Shown here: piece by piece, positions 9,703-20,176 of the stretch
Position numbering within the stretch: the first letter of the stretch is position 1
Layout: every line of letters begins with the position of its first letter
IMG/VR virus record: IMGVR_UViG_3300010938_000004
Location: 1 to 64,000 of that record
Direction: 5' to 3' (one strand)
Source: a virus
DNA length: 64,000 bases
The notes under the pieces: generated by a model
Databases searched by the model: none
What the model was told of the DNA's origin: nothing
The model's input: the letters and a program-made list of their open reading frames with translations, nothing else
Position numbers and translations under genes: made by a program

Positions 9703-11391
9703 ATGCGGACTTTTGGCACCTTGGCAGTCTCTAAGCGTGACGGCGAGGACATCTTCTTAGCGCGTGACGTAGAGCCGCACGTCGCCATCCGCATGAAGCA
9801 GTTGTTCCCGTTCATCCCCAAGTGGACCGCATCAAGCGAAGGCTACAAGCTTCCTCTCACGCCGGCCATCGCACGCGATCTTGCCTGGTTCATGAGCCGC
9901 TATCCCCTTGAGATGTCCGCGGCGACCAAGCAGAAGGTGAACAACTTGGCTGGTGAATTTGACCAGGCCCAGCTTGAGTTGGAGCGCATCCTGACCGAGG
10001 CCTACGTGCCGCGCCCGGTTGCCATGAAGGGGGAGTTGCGGCACTATCAGGCACAAGCGGTAGATCTCCTGCTCAAGACCAAGCGCCTCCTTGTGGCTGA
10101 CCAGGTGGGCATGGGTAAGACCCTGGTGGGTATAGGCCTTGCGGTGACGCCTGGCACGCTCCCCATGCTGGTGGTGGTCCCGGCCCACTTAACGCTCCAG
10201 TGGCAGGAGCAGCTAGCACAGTTCACGGACCTTCAGGTCCACATTATCAAGAAGGGCATTCAGTACCAGCTGCCCAAGGCCGATGTGTACGTAACCACCT
10301 ATTCGAAGCTCGCCGGGTGGACGGAGCTATTTTCGTCTGGCTTCTTCAAAAGCGCCGTGTGGGATGAGTGTCAAGATCTTCGCCACGACAATACTGAGAA
10401 ATACAAGGCGGCCAACATTCTGCAGGAAAATGCCGAGTACGTTCTGGGCCTGTCGGGGACCCCGGTCTACAACTACGGCAACGAGATCTTCAACATCTTG
10501 AACCTAATCAAGCCGGGGTGTTTGGGTGAGTGGTCCGATTTTTCGCGCGAGTGGCTTGCTTGGGAGAAGAAGGTCAAGAACCCTGAAGCTTTAGGCTCCT
10601 ACCTTAGGGAGCAGCACCTGATGCTGCGAAGGACTCGCAATCGTGCGGCCCCTAATCGGATAGTCCACCGCGTGCCGCACGATCAGAAAGTGCTGGAAGA
10701 TGTCGACGGCGTAGCCAGGCAGCTCGCCACTACCGTAATGTCCGGCTCCTTTGTAGAGAGAGGGCAGGCCGCGCGCGAGCTGGATGTGATGTTGCGTCAG
10801 GCAACTGGGCAGGCCAAGGCCAAGTACGTCGCCGAGTACGTCAAGGTGTTGCTTGAGTCTGGCGAGAAGGTACTCCTGGCGGGATGGCACAGATCGGTGT
10901 ACGAAACGTGGCTAGAGGAGTTGAAGGATTTTAGTCCAGTGATGTACACCGGTAGTGAATCGCCGGCCCAGAAGAAGAAGAGCAAGGAAGACTTCGTTTC
11001 CGGCAAGAGCCAGCTCATGATCATTTCATTACGCTCTGGCGTAGGCCTAGACGGCCTACAGAAGGCGGCCTCTCTCGTGGTGGTGGGGGAGCTAGACTGG
11101 AGTCCGGCTGTACACGATCAGATTTTGGGACGCCTCGATCGCGATGGCCAAAAGGATGAGGTGACTGGGATTTTCTTGGTGGCAGATACTGGCACGGACC
11201 CACTCATGGTGGAGGTTAACGGCCTTAAGTCAGCTCAGTCCCGCGGCATTCTAGACCCAGGCAAGCCTGTAGACCACACAGCGCCTGATGAAAGTCGTAT
11301 CAGGATGCTAGCCGAGGTGGTGTTGAAGAGAAGAGGCGTATTGACGCACCTCGTTGAAGCAGGTACGATCCCCTCAAGGAGAAACCAATGA
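9703..11391 (+). CDS. SNF2-family (SF2) helicase
   Basis: DQVGMGKT, WDECQ, LSGTP, GVGLDGLQ, DWSP..DQILGRLDR. Confidence 0.9.
   Translation: MRTFGTLAVSKRDGEDIFLARDVEPHVAIRMKQLFPFIPKWTASSEGYKLPLTPAIARDLAWFMSRYPLEMSAATKQKVNNLAGEFDQAQLELERILTEAYVPRPVAMKGELRHYQAQAVDLLLKTKRLLVADQVGMGKTLVGIGLAVTPGTLPMLVVVPAHLTLQWQEQLAQFTDLQVHIIKKGIQYQLPKADVYVTTYSKLAGWTELFSSGFFKSAVWDECQDLRHDNTEKYKAANILQENAEYVLGLSGTPVYNYGNEIFNILNLIKPGCLGEWSDFSREWLAWEKKVKNPEALGSYLREQHLMLRRTRNRAAPNRIVHRVPHDQKVLEDVDGVARQLATTVMSGSFVERGQAARELDVMLRQATGQAKAKYVAEYVKVLLESGEKVLLAGWHRSVYETWLEELKDFSPVMYTGSESPAQKKKSKEDFVSGKSQLMIISLRSGVGLDGLQKAASLVVVGELDWSPAVHDQILGRLDRDGQKDEVTGIFLVADTGTDPLMVEVNGLKSAQSRGILDPGKPVDHTAPDESRIRMLAEVVLKRRGVLTHLVEAGTIPSRRNQ
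11341..11369 (+). promoter_or_regulatory. Sigma70-like promoter
   Basis: TTGACG-17-TACGAT, then RBS AAGGAG and ATG 11388. Confidence 0.6.
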
Positions 11392-11675
11392 CTGAACTCT
11401 TCTACGTTACTTCCGCTATCCTGACCGGCGGCAATGGACTTTACGATCAGGAAAGTCTAGTTCACACCTTCTACGATCCGTCGGATGGAAGCCTCCATCA
11501 AGTGCACCAGAACACCCGCCTGGTTCGCACCAGGCTCATGGAGAGTTCCGAGCAATTGGAGCGCAACCAGTTCAACGAGTACGACGGATGGAAAGTCAAT
11601 AATGCAGTGCAGGAACTGGCGGAGCCTCAGGTTCGACAGCTGGAGCGCAGCATGCGCCACCGGAAGCGGCGGTAA
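11388..11675 (+). CDS. Hypothetical protein
   Basis: Promoter and RBS present. Confidence 0.55.
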   Translation: MTELFYVTSAILTGGNGLYDQESLVHTFYDPSDGSLHQVHQNTRLVRTRLMESSEQLERNQFNEYDGWKVNNAVQELAEPQVRQLERSMRHRKRR

Positions 11676-11679
11676 AAAC

Positions 11680-12231
11680 ATGTCGGCTACTCGCGATCGA
11701 AGTCAGGGGATAGGGTTCGTGTACGGCGATATCAGCGAGCTTCTGCGCCGTGGCGCGCCTCAGGGCCCGGTGATTCCTCGCCCAGGGGACCACGTGGTTA
11801 ATTTGCCTGCTCCGGCTGAGCATAAGAAGTCGCCGAAAGATAGCGCGCCAGCTATTGGCACCGACGCGTTCGAGGCCGCTCGCGCCGAGGCGGTCTCAGA
11901 CTCGCCTGAAGACGAGGGGCGACGCGCGGAAAGGGAGAGTGACGCTGCCATTTTGAAGATCAAGAGCAACCTTGACAGGCTGCAAGAGCTACACAGCAAG
12001 CTGCACGCAGTCCTGGCAGAGGAGTTGGGATCGACTAGCAAGAAGAAGTGGACCCATAGGGGAAGGGGCGTTATTATGCATCGCATGCGATACCTATCAG
12101 ACGTACTGTGGACTTTGGCCGTGATCCTGGCCTTTGGGATATTGCTCACCATGAAGGTTCATCTTTCCCACGTGGAGGATGATGAGGCCCCCGGGCCAGT
12201 GGTAGAGGTGGTCCCTGGAGCAGAACCATAA
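11680..12231 (+). CDS. Hypothetical coiled-coil protein (possibly two fused genes; TM segment near the end)
   Basis: DRSQGIGFVY N-terminus, low-complexity linker, KSNLDRLQELHSKLH coil. Confidence 0.5.
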   Translation: MSATRDRSQGIGFVYGDISELLRRGAPQGPVIPRPGDHVVNLPAPAEHKKSPKDSAPAIGTDAFEAARAEAVSDSPEDEGRRAERESDAAILKIKSNLDRLQELHSKLHAVLAEELGSTSKKKWTHRGRGVIMHRMRYLSDVLWTLAVILAFGILLTMKVHLSHVEDDEAPGPVVEVVPGAEP

Positions 12232-12625
12232 AGGCAAGAAAGGAATTGGAATCGACGAAGTAAAGAGGCTGAGGGAAATTGCAGTGAAGCTCATCTAGGT
12301 AGCTGAGGAATTCGAGGGCCTGACGTCCAAGCCGGAATGCGCGTGGACTGATGCAGATTATGACGCTCAGTGCGCATCCAGCTTCGAACTACACCGACTC
12401 CGCGCTGAGCTACTGCATCGATTCCGCACTGAGCTAGAGGAGAAGACTAAAGGCGCACAGGCCGCGGGCGTTCTGTCCTTAAAGGAGGGGAAAGATGCGT
12501 AAAGAACTGCCATTCATTGTGAGGCTTACGATCGGAGTGCTGCTTATGGCCGCACTGATCGCTGTCAAGATGATCCCGCCCAGCCGGTCGCCGGCCATCT
12601 TGCCTGAGACCGTCGAGGCACATCG

Positions 12626-12700
12626 ATGACGAGGTACATCTTTCTCGATGTAGACGGGTGCTGAACAAATTCCCCACCAAGAGTGACCGATCCTATACCC
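12626..12700 (+). pseudogene. HAD-like gene fragment
   Basis: MTRYIFLDVDG, then a frameshift at GGG 12656-12658; adding one G restores DVDGVLN. The end coordinate is approximate. Confidence 0.45.
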
Positions 12701-13025
12701 GGCCTACATCAAGATGCGCCTGTTCTCTCTTCTGTGCTTGCTGTCTATTTATTTGGTAAGGCCATTCATCCCAAAGCTTTGAGGCTAAGTGCTTGATTGG
12801 TAAGCCTCTCAGTCCCTCTGCCGCGCAACAGATAGCAAAGGCTGCCCATCACTTCTTCCAGGTCAAAATGCCCTAGTGCCCCTCCAGCTGGAGAGAGTCG
12901 AGAGCCAGATTAAAAGAATCCAGGACAAAGCCATTCGTGAGGCTTTAGAGCGGCTATTGAAGAACATACACATTCCTCCTTGACACATTGCGCCATCCAT
13001 GAGAAGCTATCTTTACGGAGGGGAC

Positions 13026-13298
13026 ATGGACAAGGAACAGCTTTTCAAGGACTGGATGGCAGCCAAGGCGGCGCTGAGCGTCGCGGAAGAGGCTTATAGA
13101 CAGCTCGACAGGCAGGTGAAAGCTCACCTTGAGGGTTGTGAGGGCTTCCAGGACCAGCAGGGAGCGCTGGTGCTCCGCATGGATGTCCAGTCTCGCCGCA
13201 GCGTGTCCCTGGAGAAGGGCTACGAGATTTTCAAGGAAGAATTTGACAAGATCGTCTCTCGGACCGAGTACGGTGTTGTGCGCCAGGTCAAAGGGTGA
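13026..13298 (+). CDS. Hypothetical protein
   Basis: RBS GGAGG before ATG 13026. Confidence 0.6.
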   Translation: MDKEQLFKDWMAAKAALSVAEEAYRQLDRQVKAHLEGCEGFQDQQGALVLRMDVQSRRSVSLEKGYEIFKEEFDKIVSRTEYGVVRQVKG

Positions 13299-13327
13299 TA
13301 TCGTAGACTTTCACTACCCCCAACCCG

Positions 13328-13369
13328 GAAGCCGGTTCCGCCTTACTGGTGGGCCGGCTTCTTTCTTTT
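13328..13369 (+). terminator. Rho-independent terminator
   Basis: GAAGCCGG..CCGGCTTC stem followed by TTTCTTTT. Confidence 0.7.
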
Positions 13370-13394
13370 GTGCGCGGCGTGGTATACTTGAGTT

Positions 13395-14351
13395 ATGCCT
13401 GACGATCCTAATAATCTGAATCTTCCCAACCACTTCTCTATGGTCTCTTCTCACATACCCGGCAAAGGTGACAGACACGACGAACTACTGCAGGTCCTTA
13501 AGGACGCCGGCTACTCTCCCATCGACACCCAAGGTTCTTGGCAGGGGATAACCGAGAGGGTTGCGGTGGTTCCGCACTCTGGTAGCATACAGAACATGTC
13601 CGACATAGAGAACGTGGCTCAGAATTTCGGCCAGGAGGCCGTGCTGCACCACTCCCATGGGCGCTCCTACCTCTCTCCTCTTACCGGCGGCGTGCTGCCG
13701 GCTGAAGGAGCAGGCTGGGTAGAGGCCAAGGATGGAGAGGATCACCTAAAGGTGGGGAACAAGCGAGTGCGTTTTCATCTCAATGACATATATGATTCGG
13801 AGAAGATCGCCAAGAGCCTTATCGACCGCATCCGTCACCGATGGGTGCCGGCCGCTGCCGCGATAGATCCGCTGCAAGGCCACAAGACTCGCCATTACGA
13901 GTTTGAAGATGGTTGGGCCGGGACGGCCTATCGAGTGAAGCTCCACGATCGCGATGGCGAAATAGTCGGCATGGCCTCTTATCACAAAGTACCCTCAGGT
14001 CTGTTCGAGGAGCGACACGTCTTCACCCACCCGAAACTCCGCGACAAAAAGGCGCTGGCGGTTCAGAGAATGCGCGAGCGCGCCGCTCAGCTGACTGGCG
14101 GAGCGGACATCCTTCACAAGGCCAAGGCCCCTTCGGACCAAGAATTTATCTTCAGTGTTGAGTCGCATCCCAAAGAAAATCGGGTCAATGTGGTGGCGAA
14201 ATCTGATTCGGGCCCTCAAGCCTTGGTTGAGCTTGAGAAGACCGACGACGGCTACCGAGTATTGTCCTACGTGTCCAACGCTCCAGATGAAGAGCTAAGG
14301 AAGAGCTTGCTCTATTACGCCGAAAACGAACTGGGCAGCATAGAAGAATGA
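13395..14351 (+). CDS. Modular hypothetical protein with xK[SA] motifs
   Basis: TGGTATACT 6 nt before the ATG; IAKS and LHKA separate three segments. Confidence 0.7.
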   Translation: MPDDPNNLNLPNHFSMVSSHIPGKGDRHDELLQVLKDAGYSPIDTQGSWQGITERVAVVPHSGSIQNMSDIENVAQNFGQEAVLHHSHGRSYLSPLTGGVLPAEGAGWVEAKDGEDHLKVGNKRVRFHLNDIYDSEKIAKSLIDRIRHRWVPAAAAIDPLQGHKTRHYEFEDGWAGTAYRVKLHDRDGEIVGMASYHKVPSGLFEERHVFTHPKLRDKKALAVQRMRERAAQLTGGADILHKAKAPSDQEFIFSVESHPKENRVNVVAKSDSGPQALVELEKTDDGYRVLSYVSNAPDEELRKSLLYYAENELGSIEE

Positions 14352-17300
14352 ACTCTCACCCGCATATCTATCCGTGGCATGATGGGCACACGACGCACTA
14401 TCAGCTCGCCAAGGGCGAGGAGCACCCGCATGTTAGCGCCCATGGTCCAGTGAATGACCAGGCCGGCGGGAACGAATCGGGCCTGGCCCACGAGATCCTT
14501 GAGCACTATGGAGCGCTCTCGCCAGGTAAGAAGACCAATCTGAAGTTTTACGGCGGATTGGAAAGCATAGAGCATAAGGTGGACCAGCACCTAAAGGACG
14601 CCGGCTACTCTGTCTATTACGCGGGCGGTAAGCATGGTAAGCCCGAACTGGCCTCTAAAAATTACAACACCAAGCACCTGATGATCTATGACCCGACGCC
14701 CGAGTCAGGCGGTGACTTTGGCGATGAGGCCTTCACTCGAACCTGGAGAAAGCTCCACGAGAAAGCCCACGCCGACACTTACGGCGAGGTCAATCGGCAG
14801 TTCGGTGAAGGGCGCCGTCTGGGAAAGCTGGGGAATCGCACCCTCAACGAGATGCAGCGTGCGGTCTACTGGGAGCACCTAGCAGCCCATCGCCAGCGCG
14901 ACCTGGCAAAGCAAATGGGCTACACCATGTCAGATCGAGACTTCGCCCGTGAGTACAACACGGTAATTGGCGATGCGGTTCATCGGGCTATCACTGGAAA
15001 ATTCACCGACCCCGCCGACTTGGGCTTTGAGCCACACGACAAGATGGTACCTATCTCCCATGCGATGTCGGCCCTTAAGGCACAAGCTGATAAACTGGGC
15101 CTGCGCCATGAGCACGATACGCTCCAGGCGGCCCATAGTGAGCTGAAAAAGGACCTTTCTAAGACGCGTGGTCACTCAAAACTTCCCCAATGGGCTAAAC
15201 AGGGTTATCGATTCAAGATCGATCCGCCAGAGAAGCCTTCGTACGGCACACCCGACTACGTTGACGCCCATCATTACGTGAAGACTGGTAAGATGCGCCG
15301 GTTTAGCCATCTTAATAAATCCGTTCTCGCTAAGTCCCCTTTTGGAGATGCGCCAAGTAAGACTCTGCCCTCTACGAGTCGTACTCGCTATCACGACTAC
15401 ACCTCTGTCCTGCCCGAAAAAGCCCGCCAGGAGGGTTACACGATCACCGTGGTCGACTCTTCCGGCATTGACCCGGACCGCGAAAGGTCTTACTTCCAAG
15501 CGCGCATACATCATCCTTCCGATCGGAGCATTCATGGCTGGCTGACTGCAGTCCACGGCAGCAAGACGGGCAACTTGTTTACGATCCACGACACCGCTTC
15601 CTTGGATAAGGAACACCGCGGCAAGGGCCTTGGGCGCGCGATGTACGAGGCGCTGTACCACCATCTAGTGAAGAACGGCGTCCACCATGTGGCTGGCGGC
15701 CTACACACCAAAGAGGCTCAGAGGGTTCATGAGTCGATAGCGCGCAAGCATGGCATTACCATTATGGGCGGTAGGGGTGAAAGCTATTTTTACAAGCTGC
15801 CAATCGCAAAATCAGAATACCAGTCGCTAAACAAGAAGGAGCCCGATCACATCGGCCTCTACCATCTAAGTACGGTTGCCGGGCTGAAAACAATTCATCC
15901 CGACCGCATGGGCACGTCAGGCGTAAAGGCCGAGGAGTACAAGCGGGGCCTGCCCGAGGTCGGGCGTGCGTACTTTTATAGGGATGGGCATGAAGCTGAG
16001 CCTGTGGTGCGAGACGCATCTAAGGTTGTGTACCGAACATCTGTTGACTCGGCGAGCTTGTACGACATGGGCGAGGATAAATGCGGCCACGTGGCCTCCG
16101 CGGTAAAAGAGAATGCCGGCGTTTGGAATCCGGACCGGGTGTACTCGAAAATTCGCGCAGCTGGCTATAAGGGCGTGTATAATTCGCAATCTCGCCTGCC
16201 ACATGTAGTGGCCATGCTGCATCCGGTAGAGGTCCATCACGAGGAGGAGCTGAAAAAGTCCAAGGTCCAGCCCGAGAAGCTGAAAAAATCCGAGACCAAG
16301 GGTCCGAACTGGCGCATGCCGACCGTAGAAGACCTGCACGAAGAGTATAAGACCGAGCGTGGTTTTTTCGAATGCTGGCCTGAAGAAAACCACGTCGATG
16401 TGCCGTCAGCTGAATCCTTCGCCGCTGGCGCGTTAAAGCACGGCCGCATCGAAACGATCGAGTACAAGGATATCAAGTCTAAATTCGATGATCACCATTC
16501 TATCGAAGACGAATACATGGGCGAGCGCGTTGGCAAACTAAAAGAAGCAATGGATTCCGGTGCTGAACTGCCGATGCCGGTGGTTTTCCAGACCCAAGAT
16601 CCGACTTCCACATACCATCACCGGTACATCAATCTCGGCGGCCGTACTCGAATCGGGGCGGCTCTTGCCGGTGGCCATCACGTCAAGGCTCTTGTTATCC
16701 CGTACCCGGAAGAGGGCGAGCCTCTTTACTCGCCGGCCCTGAAGAAGTCCGAAGACAAACCAGCAGAGACTAAGCGCCAGAAGAAGCGCTCGTTCTACGA
16801 GCAGATCGTAGAGGAGAACTACAAAAAGCAGAAGGTGAAGCCTCACTATTTAGGACGGGTTGGCGATATGCACGTCATGATCGCCACCCATCCAGATCAT
16901 GACAATCTCATCGGCCACCATCACTATGCTGAAGATGCCCACAATGCGATGCGACAACTTGAGGGAGCAGCAGGTCAGGGATTTCGCACCTTCATTATGC
17001 ACGGTCCGAAAGCGATGGATGTGGCCAAGGAAATGGGCTACGCCTCCGCTCTTCCGGAAGAGTCCAAGAAGCTGAAGAAGTATGACTTGGCAAAGTCTCC
17101 GCCCGTTGCGGCCTTCGATTCAATCGAACAAGCAGACGACTGGGACGCGCATAATCAGCCCCGGTCAATCTATAGGCCGGGCTACCACACTGTTAAAACT
17201 ACGAAGGTAGGGATGTTTCGCGGAAAAGCTCTTTATCATCATGTCATTTCTGATCCGGTGGCACACAAAAAAGACGACGCGACCGTGCAGCATTTTTTAT

Positions 17301-19105
17301 CTCATCACGCAGATCCGTCGAAGCGCGGCATCTCGCACATTAGCGGAGAAACCTACAAAGGTACCCTGCAGGTGTATGCCAGCAATACAGACAGGCGTTA
17401 TCGCGGGATGGGCCTTGGTGCCAAGCTGTACGATCTGGCAGCCAAACATCACGGCAGCCTAAGCTCTGATTTTGCTCTTTCGGGGGCGTCGGATGCGATT
17501 TACCGCAAGCTCGCTGAGCGGCCTGGATACAAGGCCAAGTTGCGGCCATGGGGGAAAGAGCAGGGACACTATCTTGAATATAAAAAGCCGCAGCCCAAGA
17601 AACTACGCAAGTCAGAGCTGAAGCAGTCTGAAGAAGCCCATCGCCTAGCGGATTCGTGGTCAGCAGATGGCATACCCGATGACAGAGAGGCGCTGCACGC
17701 TGAGATGGCGAAGCCAGAGAACCATGCACTGGCGCGTCAGATGCGCGATCATCTATCTACCCTAGTGCCCACTAAGGATATGAACGGAGAGCGTCATTTC
17801 CTACTGCATCGTAGGCACTCGCGACTGACTGAAAGCGCTATTACGCATGACAAGCCAACTTCTTATAGTGCGCTACCAAAGGGCCGCGTTCATGAGGTCA
17901 TGGATGGTGGATACATCCATAGCGCTTGGGTGCCCGAGAGTAAGGTGTCTTACTCTTTTCTTTACCGGGGCCATGACCCGGAAGCAGAGGTCATCGTATC
18001 GCCTGGCACTTATCAGGTGCACGAGAAGTTCTTTCAAACCTCGAACATGTCTCACCCCGTGCTGGGGCATCCCAAGAACGCATGGGACAACTACTACAGC
18101 GGCTTTTACAGCGACAAGTTTGTAAAGAAGTCCGAAGATCCCGAGCGCACGGATTCTGGCGCTACTCCTCCTGCCCTACCTGGCTCTAGCTTTCGGCCTA
18201 ACAAGGAACCACCCCCTCTGCCTGGAGACCGTGGTAAGCGTTACGCGGCGTACGTCCCTGCTAACCACCTTGCCCATCCTGCGCACTCGGATGGGCGGCT
18301 TAATCATGACTGGGACGCTTTCTATGCGGGCCCCGGTAAAGGTTACACGCACGATTCCACCCAGGCGATGAAGTTCCTTTCAGTAGAGCAGGCGCACAAA
18401 CATCTAAGCCAGCGTGGGAAGATCGATGCTCCTAGCGCTAATGACCACTACTTCGCCGAGGTGTCTGGCAAGGATCTGGAGCGTCTCGTCAAGAATGAAG
18501 GCAAGGAAGTTGCTTCCATTGCCGTAATGCGAGATGGTTGCCTCTTGATGGGGCGACGCAAGGACTCCAATCGTTGGACTTTGCCTGGCGGCCATGCTGA
18601 CCATGGCGAGGACAAGCACGATGCTGCTGCCCGCGAGTTGTGGGAGGAAGCCGGCATCAAGGCCCGGCGCAGGGACTTGAAGCATTTAGCCAGTAAACAC
18701 GTCACCACTTTCACTGGTAAGCAGAAGTGCGTACACGCTTTCTTGTACGAGCATCGGGGCGAGGAACCACACACCAAGAACGACCCGGACAATGAGTGCT
18801 ATGAGTGGAAGTTCATAGACGTGCGCGATGGACTTCCACAAGATATCAAAGAGAATCTGCACAGCCCCAACAACTTGGTTCTGGAAGAGCTAGGGCTCCT
18901 TGGAGAAGAGATCAGCAAGTCCGAAGGGGCCAATCCTCACCGCGGATGGATTCACCCCGATGGCTCATTTACTCCGATCAAGGATCACGAAGATCGTGCC
19001 GGAAGGGGGCCTGAATACCAAAAAGCCGGCCTTGAGGGGAAGCATCATGCCCATGATGCTAATGCCTTCATCCGTAGTGGTATCATCAAGCCTTATAGGA
19101 GTTAG
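14348..19105 (+). CDS. Polyvalent/polyprotein-like protein: zincin, GNAT, ART-like, ParB-like, GNAT, R-S-E ART-like, NUDIX
   Basis: HEKAH; HRGKGLG; LYHLS..GYKG; NLGGRTR; YRGMGLG; LLHR..TSYS..EAE; Nudix box GGHADHGEDKHDAAARELWEEAG. Confidence 0.85.
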   Translation: MNSHPHIYPWHDGHTTHYQLAKGEEHPHVSAHGPVNDQAGGNESGLAHEILEHYGALSPGKKTNLKFYGGLESIEHKVDQHLKDAGYSVYYAGGKHGKPELASKNYNTKHLMIYDPTPESGGDFGDEAFTRTWRKLHEKAHADTYGEVNRQFGEGRRLGKLGNRTLNEMQRAVYWEHLAAHRQRDLAKQMGYTMSDRDFAREYNTVIGDAVHRAITGKFTDPADLGFEPHDKMVPISHAMSALKAQADKLGLRHEHDTLQAAHSELKKDLSKTRGHSKLPQWAKQGYRFKIDPPEKPSYGTPDYVDAHHYVKTGKMRRFSHLNKSVLAKSPFGDAPSKTLPSTSRTRYHDYTSVLPEKARQEGYTITVVDSSGIDPDRERSYFQARIHHPSDRSIHGWLTAVHGSKTGNLFTIHDTASLDKEHRGKGLGRAMYEALYHHLVKNGVHHVAGGLHTKEAQRVHESIARKHGITIMGGRGESYFYKLPIAKSEYQSLNKKEPDHIGLYHLSTVAGLKTIHPDRMGTSGVKAEEYKRGLPEVGRAYFYRDGHEAEPVVRDASKVVYRTSVDSASLYDMGEDKCGHVASAVKENAGVWNPDRVYSKIRAAGYKGVYNSQSRLPHVVAMLHPVEVHHEEELKKSKVQPEKLKKSETKGPNWRMPTVEDLHEEYKTERGFFECWPEENHVDVPSAESFAAGALKHGRIETIEYKDIKSKFDDHHSIEDEYMGERVGKLKEAMDSGAELPMPVVFQTQDPTSTYHHRYINLGGRTRIGAALAGGHHVKALVIPYPEEGEPLYSPALKKSEDKPAETKRQKKRSFYEQIVEENYKKQKVKPHYLGRVGDMHVMIATHPDHDNLIGHHHYAEDAHNAMRQLEGAAGQGFRTFIMHGPKAMDVAKEMGYASALPEESKKLKKYDLAKSPPVAAFDSIEQADDWDAHNQPRSIYRPGYHTVKTTKVGMFRGKALYHHVISDPVAHKKDDATVQHFLSHHADPSKRGISHISGETYKGTLQVYASNTDRRYRGMGLGAKLYDLAAKHHGSLSSDFALSGASDAIYRKLAERPGYKAKLRPWGKEQGHYLEYKKPQPKKLRKSELKQSEEAHRLADSWSADGIPDDREALHAEMAKPENHALARQMRDHLSTLVPTKDMNGERHFLLHRRHSRLTESAITHDKPTSYSALPKGRVHEVMDGGYIHSAWVPESKVSYSFLYRGHDPEAEVIVSPGTYQVHEKFFQTSNMSHPVLGHPKNAWDNYYSGFYSDKFVKKSEDPERTDSGATPPALPGSSFRPNKEPPPLPGDRGKRYAAYVPANHLAHPAHSDGRLNHDWDAFYAGPGKGYTHDSTQAMKFLSVEQAHKHLSQRGKIDAPSANDHYFAEVSGKDLERLVKNEGKEVASIAVMRDGCLLMGRRKDSNRWTLPGGHADHGEDKHDAAARELWEEAGIKARRRDLKHLASKHVTTFTGKQKCVHAFLYEHRGEEPHTKNDPDNECYEWKFIDVRDGLPQDIKENLHSPNNLVLEELGLLGEEISKSEGANPHRGWIHPDGSFTPIKDHEDRAGRGPEYQKAGLEGKHHAHDANAFIRSGIIKPYRS

Positions 19106-19108
19106 CAC

Positions 19109-19795
19109 ATGAACCGTGAGATCAACCCGCTCGCCCAGAAGCTTGCCGACCTGGTAGATCGCGTTCAGGCGCGCCTCCAAGAGAAGTACGAGATGGAGGA
19201 GGCTAAGCGCGAAGAAGAGCAGGGCTACGAAGAGGTAGACCCGCGTGATGGCCGAGTGTACGTGTCTTATGACGGCGACGACATCGGCAATGCCGTGGCA
19301 CGCGCCGAGGAAGAGAACGACCCAGAGAAGCTCAAAGAGATCTCTAACCGCATCGACCAGGGTCAATCCAGACTCAAGCAGTGGGCTCTCGCCCAGAATG
19401 GAGAAGTGGTGGAGGCCGGCGGCGACGAGGGCATGCTGCTGGTGCCGGAGATGGCCTTGGACTCGATCGAGAATGTGCGCCAGGAATATCTAGATACGGT
19501 CGGCGCTACCCTCACTGTTGGAGTTGGACGAGACGTGCGTCAGAGCATCCGGGCCAGAATGGTCGGCAAGCTCCGCGGCAAGAACATGGTCGTGGAATGG
19601 ACTCCTGAGGTCAACCGAGAGTACGAAGCTCGCATGCTAGTGTACGAGCAAGATGAAGGCGCCAAGGTCCGAGGGGCCATGGGCGCTCAGGAGAGCGCGG
19701 TCGAGAAAGCTCTGAGGGAACAGGAACGAGAGGCGCTGCTGGATGAAGACGATGCCCTGATCCCTATCGAGGGATACGCACAAGAAGAGGACTGA
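19109..19795 (+). CDS. mCpol (minimal CRISPR polymerase)/GGDEF-like nucleotide cyclase
   Basis: YVSYDGDDIG, AGGDEG, TLTVGVG, GKLRGKN. Confidence 0.75.
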   Translation: MNREINPLAQKLADLVDRVQARLQEKYEMEEAKREEEQGYEEVDPRDGRVYVSYDGDDIGNAVARAEEENDPEKLKEISNRIDQGQSRLKQWALAQNGEVVEAGGDEGMLLVPEMALDSIENVRQEYLDTVGATLTVGVGRDVRQSIRARMVGKLRGKNMVVEWTPEVNREYEARMLVYEQDEGAKVRGAMGAQESAVEKALREQEREALLDEDDALIPIEGYAQEED

Positions 19796-20176
19796 GCGTC
19801 AGCTGTCAGACCAATGATCCTTCATGCCAAACGAGCTGAAGCGACTCCATTTAACGTGACTAGAGCTTAACATGCGGAATTGTCCCACTCCGCATTTCTT
19901 GCAGCTTCTGTGCTTCCAAGAATCCTCTATGGACCCAGCCGTTTTCCATTTGCCGAACTTGTGTCGGCATCCATAGATTGCAGATAGATTGCAGATAGCC
20001 GACGGTAGCCCTTGAGTAGCCAGCGACTCAATTGAAAGCTGTAATACACCCAAATTACTCAGTGCGCCAGAGCCACCAAAGGCAAAAGATCGAAGGCGGG
20101 AATCCAGGACCGGCGAATCGCATGGGTCGCCCATATTAGAGACGCCAGAAGACCTGATATTGCCATGCTCACTATT

